From: Candidatus Cloacimonadales bacterium | Lineage (GTDB): Bacteria; Cloacimonadota; Cloacimonadia; Cloacimonadales; JAIOQZ01 | DNA: 64,000 nucleotides | Direction: 5' to 3' | Assembly (NCBI GenBank): GCA_963662655.2 | Contig: CAXXTU010000002.1 | Span: 2,080,001-2,144,000 of the forward strand | Part shown: piece by piece, positions 57,549 through 64,000 of the stretch | Numbering within the stretch: position 1 is the stretch's first letter | Layout: every line of letters begins with the position of its first letter | Notes under the pieces: model-generated | What the model saw: the letters and a program-made list of their open reading frames with translations, nothing else | What the model was told of the DNA's origin: nothing | The model's database searches: none | Program-made: the position numbers and the translations under genes

Positions 57549-59554
57549 TGTACCACTCCTGTTCGCGTTGCGATCGTGCTAAGAATCTGCATGGCGTTCG
57601 CGCGGACGTGTATGAATTCATCGATACCGGATGCTTTATGTTGTTCGATCTGGTCTTTGGGATAACCGGCCAGAACCGTTACAATATCGGGGTTATTCTT
57701 CTTCAGACCTTCCATGATCGGCGGAACCAGCTCGGGGTAGGTGTCGTCGGTAGAGCAGATCACCACGACGGGAGCTCCGTTCTCGCCGGCGGCCTTCACC
57801 GCGTCTTCGACCGTCGCGAAACCCTTGTTGTCGATCACGTCGAATCCCGCCACCTGGAAGAATCCTCGGGAGAAATCGGCACGCGCCTTGTGCTGCTTGA
57901 CGCCGCCCATGTTCATCAGGAATACGCGCTTGTCGCCCTCGTACTCCATGACGCGGGTACGCAGGTCTTCGAATCCCTTTGCGAGTCGATAGCTCTCGAG
58001 CGGTTCGACAGTCATCATGTCGCCGTTATCCGTAAGTTCCAGCGCTTCCTCGAGTGTCAGACCGTCCTTGAACGCTTTGGAAAGCGTAGCGATGTCCGTC
58101 GATCCGGGCTTGATTCCGGATTTCTTCGAGCGGCACCCCTGGCATTTCCAGTCGGGACTGTCCCAGGGGGCAGTCACCGGATTCTCGTCCGGGTTGGTAT
58201 ACATGTTGATGCCAACCAGCACGTCTTTGCGGATGTTGAGGTTTTTGTCGCGATCGCTGCGGATTCCGGCGATACGGTTTTGAAGTGTGCCGGTCTGAAG
58301 CGCGTTGATCACGCCGCCGTCCGCTTCCATTTCGCGGAATAGGTTCCAGGCCTCGCCGGTGAGGTAGTTGGTAAGCGTTTCGATCAGGTAGGAACCGCCG
58401 GCGGGGTCGATCACCTCGTCCAGGTGCGATTCTTCACTGAGAATAATCTGTGTGTTACGTGCGATGCGCCGCGCGAAACCGTTCGGGAAATCGTAGGTGG
58501 AATTGAACGGTTCCACGGTCACCGAATCCGCCATTCCAAGAACGCCCGAAAGCGCTTCGGTGGTGGTACGCAGCATGTTCACGTACGGATCGTAGATGGT
58601 CTTGTTCATGAACGCGGTGCCGACGTGGATGTGCAGGTTCGGAGCACATTCCAGCTTGCCGTAGGCGTCGCAGAGGTTCTTCCACAGGATGCGTGCCGCG
58701 CGCAGCTTGGCAATCTCCATGAAGAACTTTCCGCCCAGCGCGAAGGAGACTTCCATCTTGTTCAGGGCAGTATCGAGCGCGATTCCTGCCTTGGTGAGTC
58801 TGTCGATGTATTCCACGGCGCTGGAGAGAAAGAAAGCAAGCTCTTCCACCGCGCTTCCACCTGCCTCGTGGCAGACTTCCGTGTGGATGGTGATCGGGTT
58901 CATGCCTGGGTGGTTTTCGTAAATCCAGTCTGCGGTGTGGACTGCGTCTAAAATCGAGTCAAATGTAACCTTGCCGCAGGCTGCCAGTTCACCGATCGGG
59001 TCCATACCCAGCGAGCCGTTGAGCGGTTTTTTCATCGCGTCCAGCATGGCTGCGAGCGCTTTGCCGGATGCGTAGCTGTTGAACCGCAGCGGCACGTTCG
59101 CCAGATCGATTCCGTCGAACGCCTTTTCGAGGTCTCCGAGCGTCTGCAAGCAGAGGCATGTGCGGAACAGCTTTTCCTTGATATGATTCGGGGCTACCGG
59201 GTTGATGCTGACGGCGGTCATGCCGCGCGAGAGATCGCTCTTGAGCGCTTTGTTGTAATCTTCGATCGCGTGCTCTTCAATCTCCTGGGCAATCAGCCAG
59301 CGTTTTTTACGGAAGCCCTCGGATTTCAACCCGCGTACATAAGCCGGCGTTCCTGGCATCGAACCGATATGATCCAGACAGTCAGTATCTTGACGATCAT
59401 AGATCGGTTCAAGCAAAAAGCCCTCCGGCGTCTTCGTTTTCAGCACCTTGTCGAAAGGCGCTCCCTTCAGCAGCTTGTCGGCCGCTTCTCGCCATGCTTC
59501 CCGCGTTGCTTCGGGAAACATCTCTTTCCATTCTTCTGGATGGTTTTGCTCCAT
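57545..59554 (-). CDS. mutA: Methylmalonyl-CoA mutase, small subunit
   Basis: MCM-fold motifs ([27 protein letters not shown]) without DxHxxG; ICSTDDTY; stop overlaps the mutB start; GGAG RBS before ATG 59554. Confidence 0.93.
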   Translation of the reverse strand: MEQNHPEEWKEMFPEATREAWREAADKLLKGAPFDKVLKTKTPEGFLLEPIYDRQDTDCLDHIGSMPGTPAYVRGLKSEGFRKKRWLIAQEIEEHAIEDYNKALKSDLSRGMTAVSINPVAPNHIKEKLFRTCLCLQTLGDLEKAFDGIDLANVPLRFNSYASGKALAAMLDAMKKPLNGSLGMDPIGELAACGKVTFDSILDAVHTADWIYENHPGMNPITIHTEVCHEAGGSAVEELAFFLSSAVEYIDRLTKAGIALDTALNKMEVSFALGGKFFMEIAKLRAARILWKNLCDAYGKLECAPNLHIHVGTAFMNKTIYDPYVNMLRTTTEALSGVLGMADSVTVEPFNSTYDFPNGFARRIARNTQIILSEESHLDEVIDPAGGSYLIETLTNYLTGEAWNLFREMEADGGVINALQTGTLQNRIAGIRSDRDKNLNIRKDVLVGINMYTNPDENPVTAPWDSPDWKCQGCRSKKSGIKPGSTDIATLSKAFKDGLTLEEALELTDNGDMMTVEPLESYRLAKGFEDLRTRVMEYEGDKRVFLMNMGGVKQHKARADFSRGFFQVAGFDVIDNKGFATVEDAVKAAGENGAPVVVICSTDDTYPELVPPIMEGLKKNNPDIVTVLAGYPKDQIEQHKASGIDEFIHVRANAMQILSTIATRTGVVQ

Positions 59555-59863
59555 GGTGTTTCTCCATCGAATCTTAATGTGAAGTTTCACTTCGGCGCAG
59601 TAATTATACGATTTACCGATTGATGAACCACCAAATGAAAAAAGGTCCATCGGGAAATCGTTCCCAGAGAACCATTTCCGCATCCTTCATCTCTCTGATT
59701 CATGAATCGTCAAAGCGGAAATGGTATCAACTGCAATTACTGCAAATTCACTTGGGTGACGTATTCGCCGAATTCAGCAACATGTCAATGAAAATCGAAG
59801 CCGGACATCCCTTTATCAGGACGAAGCCGGATGTATTAAAACGGACTTGATTCCGAAATGAAC

Positions 59864-59891
59864 TTGACAAGCGGAAGCGTGAAACTAAATT
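59864..59891 (+). promoter_or_regulatory. Possible sigma70 promoter
   Basis: TTGACA-16 nt-TAAATT upstream of ATG 59961. Confidence 0.4.
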
Positions 59892-59960
59892 ATTAATATA
59901 GCTTATCAATTTGATTTATGATTCTTGTTGCGGCATTACATAACCTTGAGGAGGGTTATT

Positions 59961-62054
59961 ATGAGAGGGTCGATATTAATACTGCTTGCTATCATGCTAG
60001 TACTTCCTGTCATCGCAACGGACAACGGCTACCTTTCAAGCACCGGTCACAAGATTGGCTTCCCGGAGCGAAACGGTTCCAATCTGGCATGGCAGATTCA
60101 CACACCGCCAACGCCGCTTCTTGAGACTTTCGACGACCAGGCAATCAGTGCCAATAACGGCAACATGATCTTCCTTCACGAATCCAGTTATGGCGACAGC
60201 GATCTGAAGGTGCTTTCCGTCCAGGCTCGTGATGATTACGGCGCTGAACCGCGCGCTCACGAATTGTATTTCTATCATCCGGAGAATGACAATATTGGCA
60301 GTTACTATACCAGTGCGGAAAGTAACCAAACGAACGTCGTTTCAGCGATGGATTTCGAAACACACGATCTCATATTTGTTTGGGAGCAGTGGAACGATGA
60401 ATCGGATATCTGCGAGATATGTATTTCCTGCGATGTTTGGCATCTGGTGAATTGCCCGGGATTGATTTCATCGTCCCATGTTGTCTTCAGTAACAACAGC
60501 AACGAGCAGGAGTTTCCATGCGGTCTCGACAACTCCTTCCGCAATCCGCAGGTTCACATCGGGAAAGCCCCAAGCTACGCGGAAGATGGAAAACGAAGGC
60601 TATATATCTTTCTCTCGAGGCCCTACATGGCCTCCCGTTTCCAGGATGTTAAAGGGCAGTTCAAGATTCTCTGGTGCGATTTCGATACGCAGGATATCGA
60701 AGACGGTTCGATGCTGGAACCGGACTGGAATATTGTCGAATTCGACGTTCCAACGCCTCCGCATCCAGCCACCAGCGATCCTGTCAGTACCTATCTCTCC
60801 TGCGACTGCCGTGATGACGGACTCTTCGGCATCTACTGCTGGATCGACGGATCGTACGAATCGATGCCTCTTGGGGAGGAAAACATCTTTGTGCTGATCA
60901 ACGAGAACTACTGCGAAGGAGAATGGCAAACCTACTCCCGCTTCCTGGGATACGAAGTCGAATCGCCCCTGAACCACAACCGGATGCCCTGGCTTCAAGG
61001 CATAGACGAACTCTATATCGCGCCGGTTCACGCGGGGAATTTCAACGCGCTCTGGGACGACTTCGGACACTTCCACATACAGATGCCATTCTGTCTCCAA
61101 GGCGTGCAATTCCGGGTTCCGACACGCTGGCCGCTGATGTCTCAGGTCCGCAACGTTACCTACAACCACAATTCCCATCAAATCTTCTCAGTGGATGTCT
61201 ATCCGGTCAGTGAAAATCCCATTGAAGGCGATCCCGTTCTGCCGTGGGACATCGATGAAGATGGCATTGTGGATGTCATGGATTATGAAACGGGAGAAGT
61301 TGTTCCCGCGTGCTGCTATCCATGGCCGCACTGGAATGAGGAGTATGCGGACACCCACAACGGCATCAGGCTCGTGTGCAATCAGGATGAAGGCTGGATG
61401 GCCTGCTTCTGGAGCGACGCCCTCAAATCATGGATGTACAACAATGGCTACGATCTCCCAGAAGAAGCAAACCGACCGGAGATATTTTTCACGACATCCG
61501 GCTACTGGGTCGTCGAGTGGCGACAGGCGCAGGTTTTAAGCGGAAATCCCGAGGACGATGACTTCGTCCCCGAGATGGAAGGGAAGATCCCCCGAGACCT
61601 CATCCTTGCAAACACAATTCCCGAATTCACCAACTGGAGCGACGGTCTGCTGAGTATCGCCTACTACAACGACAACGAATACGGTTTCGACGATGACTCG
61701 GGCGGAACCATCGAATACATGTCCATACAGGCTGATTGCGAGAGACCCATCGAAACGAGAAACGCTGACGTAACACCGCCACAAGCCTCAATCTCCTGCT
61801 TCCCAAATCCGTTCAATCCAGCTACGACCATTCGCTACAATCTTCCCGAAGATTCGCCCGTTAACATCAGCATCTTCAATGTGAAAGGGCAGATCGTGCG
61901 CAGGCTCGTCGACGAACACCAAACTGCCGGGAACCGCTCGATGGAATGGAACGGAAAAGACGATTATCAAAAAAACGTTTCCAGCGGTGTTTACATGATC
62001 CGTATGAGAACAAATGGAATCGAGAAAACGCAGAAGGTGATGCTTTTAAAGTAG
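59961..62054 (+). CDS. Secreted acidic protein with FlgD-Ig/T9SS-like C-terminal domain
   Basis: Signal peptide; FPNPFNPAT.I..FNVKGQ..WNGKDD..VSSGVY..KVMLLK. Confidence 0.85.
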   Translation: MRGSILILLAIMLVLPVIATDNGYLSSTGHKIGFPERNGSNLAWQIHTPPTPLLETFDDQAISANNGNMIFLHESSYGDSDLKVLSVQARDDYGAEPRAHELYFYHPENDNIGSYYTSAESNQTNVVSAMDFETHDLIFVWEQWNDESDICEICISCDVWHLVNCPGLISSSHVVFSNNSNEQEFPCGLDNSFRNPQVHIGKAPSYAEDGKRRLYIFLSRPYMASRFQDVKGQFKILWCDFDTQDIEDGSMLEPDWNIVEFDVPTPPHPATSDPVSTYLSCDCRDDGLFGIYCWIDGSYESMPLGEENIFVLINENYCEGEWQTYSRFLGYEVESPLNHNRMPWLQGIDELYIAPVHAGNFNALWDDFGHFHIQMPFCLQGVQFRVPTRWPLMSQVRNVTYNHNSHQIFSVDVYPVSENPIEGDPVLPWDIDEDGIVDVMDYETGEVVPACCYPWPHWNEEYADTHNGIRLVCNQDEGWMACFWSDALKSWMYNNGYDLPEEANRPEIFFTTSGYWVVEWRQAQVLSGNPEDDDFVPEMEGKIPRDLILANTIPEFTNWSDGLLSIAYYNDNEYGFDDDSGGTIEYMSIQADCERPIETRNADVTPPQASISCFPNPFNPATTIRYNLPEDSPVNISIFNVKGQIVRRLVDEHQTAGNRSMEWNGKDDYQKNVSSGVYMIRMRTNGIEKTQKVMLLK

Positions 62055-62076
62055 CTGGAATATATGATCGTGAATT

Positions 62077-62203
62077 GCGAGGCGTGAGCAGATTCGTTCG
62101 ATCTGCTTGCGCAGGCGTGGTGTTACACGTCTTTTTATTAGAGTTCGATAGTTTTCAAGACGTGTTATATCCACGCCGGAGCGCAGATCGTGCGAAGATG
62201 CCA
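62077..62203 (-). repeat. Family A structured element, short inverted copy 3
   Basis: Reverse complement shares TGGCATCTTCGC.CGATC, CGTGGATATAA, TAACACCACG and GCAGATCGAACGAATCTGCTCACG with copies 1 and 2; the centre differs. Confidence 0.8.
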
Positions 62204-62228
62204 TGCCGGTAGACCAATGATAAAAAAA

Positions 62229-62828
62229 CTACCTCTTCTTCAAGACGTCGCTATACATCTTCTCCACGCATTCCGGACACAGACCATGCGAAAACTCGAT
62301 CCCGAAATTCTGCGTGAAATAGACCTCGAGATGCTTCCAATTCTTCTGCTCCGTCGCCTGCGCTTCAACGTTGCGAACCTTCCTGCAATGTGAGCAGATT
62401 GCCACGGTCGATTCCGTTTCGCCCAGCTTGTGCAGTTCGTCCGCCAGCGCAACGTTCAGCTTGTACTGCTCGATTGCCTTTTCGATGATAGGCAGCATCT
62501 CTTCGTATTCAATCGGTTTGGTTAGAAAACGGAAGATGGAACACTCGTTCACGGCGCGAATGGCCATATTGAGATCCGCCTGCCCGGTTATCAGTATCGG
62601 CACAGAAAGCGTATCGAACGCCATCTTCATCTTGATAAGCTCGATACCGTCGTGATCAGGCATGGAGTAGTCCGTAACAATCACAGACACTGGCGGGGAT
62701 TTCTTCAGGGATTCCAACGCTTCTAATGCGCTTGCGGCAATATCCACCTGAAACTGGTGGCGATATTGCCTGCGGTATGATTTGAGAAGATTTACATCGT
62801 CATCGACAAAAAGTACTCTGTGCAGCAT
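62229..62828 (-). CDS. Response regulator with C-terminal CxxC..SHG.CPxC domain
   Basis: LFVDDD, TDYSMP..DG, LITG, FLTKP; ICSHCRKVR..FSHGLCPEC. Confidence 0.88.
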   Translation of the reverse strand: MLHRVLFVDDDVNLLKSYRRQYRHQFQVDIAASALEALESLKKSPPVSVIVTDYSMPDHDGIELIKMKMAFDTLSVPILITGQADLNMAIRAVNECSIFRFLTKPIEYEEMLPIIEKAIEQYKLNVALADELHKLGETESTVAICSHCRKVRNVEAQATEQKNWKHLEVYFTQNFGIEFSHGLCPECVEKMYSDVLKKR

Positions 62829-62830
62829 AT

Positions 62831-64000
62831 TTATTGCCCTTCAGCCTCGAGCCATTCTTTGTATTTCTTTTCAAGACCGGCGGTTTTCAGAAACAGCATA
62901 TCCGGTTGGGATTCCAGATTGGTTATGCTGCCACCTCTCTTTATATCGACAATGGTATTGGCCATGTGAACGGCGGCCAAAGGAGAAAACCCTGTGTGGT
63001 AGCCCATCATCGGTGTATGATGGAAAGCGATGGGCTCGATGATTTCATCGGGTAAACCCCAAATCCCCATCATGTAACCCGCAATCTCCTGATGACCGAC
63101 CCGAAACCTTTTCAACTCCGCGTCCAGCAGATCGACATGATTCTTCTCAACGTCCTCAAGCGCTTCACGATATAGCTCTGGAAACTCGGTTGCCAGTATC
63201 AGCTTGCCGATATCATGGAGCATCCCCCCAACAAAAGCCTGGTCTTCAGTCTCTTTGCAGCATTCCGAGCCAACGGTGATCTTCTTGGCCAACTCAGCGA
63301 CACACATCGAGTGCGACCACAGAGAACCATAATGGAATACCTGGGACTGGTTCTCGTATGACTTGAACAGGTGTATCGAAAGCGCAAGATTACGTACCGT
63401 GTTCAATCCCAACAAGCTTGCAGCCTGCATCGGGCTGGATACCGTGCGATACGTGCTGAAGAACGGCGAATTCACCAGATGAAGAATCTGCGCGCTCATC
63501 CCGAGATCCTTACTGATGATCTCACCAACACGCTTGATCGAGCTGTTCTCCCTGTCCAGTTCTTCGATTAGCTCCTTGTAAATCTGCGGAAGACTGGGAA
63601 TCGTCCGCATCCCGGATACCAGGCTCGTCAGCGCTTCGTTTTTCATGAGCTTGCGGAGGTTCAATATCCGTGTGATGATCCCGATCAGATGATCTGTCTC
63701 GCATGGCTTGGTTAGGTACTGATGAGCAATTTTCACCGCCTCCATGGCAAGATCCTGCTCGGCATAGCCGGTCAGAATGATCCTGACCGTCTCGGGGTGC
63801 CTCTTCGATACCTCGCGGAGCAACTCCACCCCATTCATGTTCGGCATCTTGACATCCGATATAAGAATATCGAAATGCTGCTTACCCATCAGTTTCAACG
63901 CCTCCTCTCCCGAGGTGACAAATTGTAAATCCCAATCCTTACGCTTTGATCTCAAGCTCCTCCGCAGGCCATCAAGGACGTGCGGTTCGTCATCAACAAA
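62831..64000 (-). CDS. REC-HDOD signalling protein, 5'-truncated by the window edge
   Basis: Frame is open to the window edge (FVDDEPHVLDGLRRSL); SDVKMP; PSLP, VNSPFF, LWSHS, LHDIGKL, WGLP..I..HH HDOD motifs. Confidence 0.9.
   Translation of the reverse strand, partial: FVDDEPHVLDGLRRSLRSKRKDWDLQFVTSGEEALKLMGKQHFDILISDVKMPNMNGVELLREVSKRHPETVRIILTGYAEQDLAMEAVKIAHQYLTKPCETDHLIGIITRILNLRKLMKNEALTSLVSGMRTIPSLPQIYKELIEELDRENSSIKRVGEIISKDLGMSAQILHLVNSPFFSTYRTVSSPMQAASLLGLNTVRNLALSIHLFKSYENQSQVFHYGSLWSHSMCVAELAKKITVGSECCKETEDQAFVGGMLHDIGKLILATEFPELYREALEDVEKNHVDLLDAELKRFRVGHQEIAGYMMGIWGLPDEIIEPIAFHHTPMMGYHTGFSPLAAVHMANTIVDIKRGGSITNLESQPDMLFLKTAGLEKKYKEWLEAEGQ

Noticed and set aside
59555..59860. 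Cobalamin riboswitch upstream of mutA
   Set aside because: No B12-box or GCCACTG/GGGAAG elements recognised on the minus strand
1..64000. tRNA, rRNA, CRISPR arrays, transposases, prophage genes
   Set aside because: None recognised by eye; tRNAscan-SE, Rfam and ISEScan would be needed to exclude divergent cases

Overview
A gene-dense bacterial chromosomal window of moderate to high GC. It is most likely Cloacimonadota or a related FCB-group anaerobe (inference from four secreted proteins ending in a PNPxNP...WxG...SGxY...KxxLL FlgD-Ig/T9SS-like C-terminal domain, a gingipain-like C25 protein and a DUF6754-type operon). In order it carries: a PHP hydrolase and two GT4 glycosyltransferases; hslR-like, efp and a small basic Zn-ribbon protein (possible bL38-type ribosomal protein); a methyltransferase and Nif3; a sigma54-type flagellar operon (flgI-flgJ-flgN-flgK-csrA-flgL-fliW) bracketed by 182-bp direct repeats; a PocR/PAS hybrid kinase; secreted beta-helix/FN3 proteins, one of them frameshifted; an orphan ABC permease; an uncharacterised five-gene membrane complex (two large DUF6754-type ectodomain paralogues plus three core membrane proteins) with a consensus sigma54 promoter, divergent from hutH; TrmB; a 7x207-aa repeat surface protein; glnA; an AT-rich stand-alone TIR gene enclosed by an inverted repeat pair; mutA-mutB-meaB; and two response regulators. 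At least three families of structured intergenic repeats are present, two of them with compensatory base changes between copies. No rRNA, tRNA, CRISPR array or transposase was recognised. Family names come from motif recognition by eye, not from database searches.
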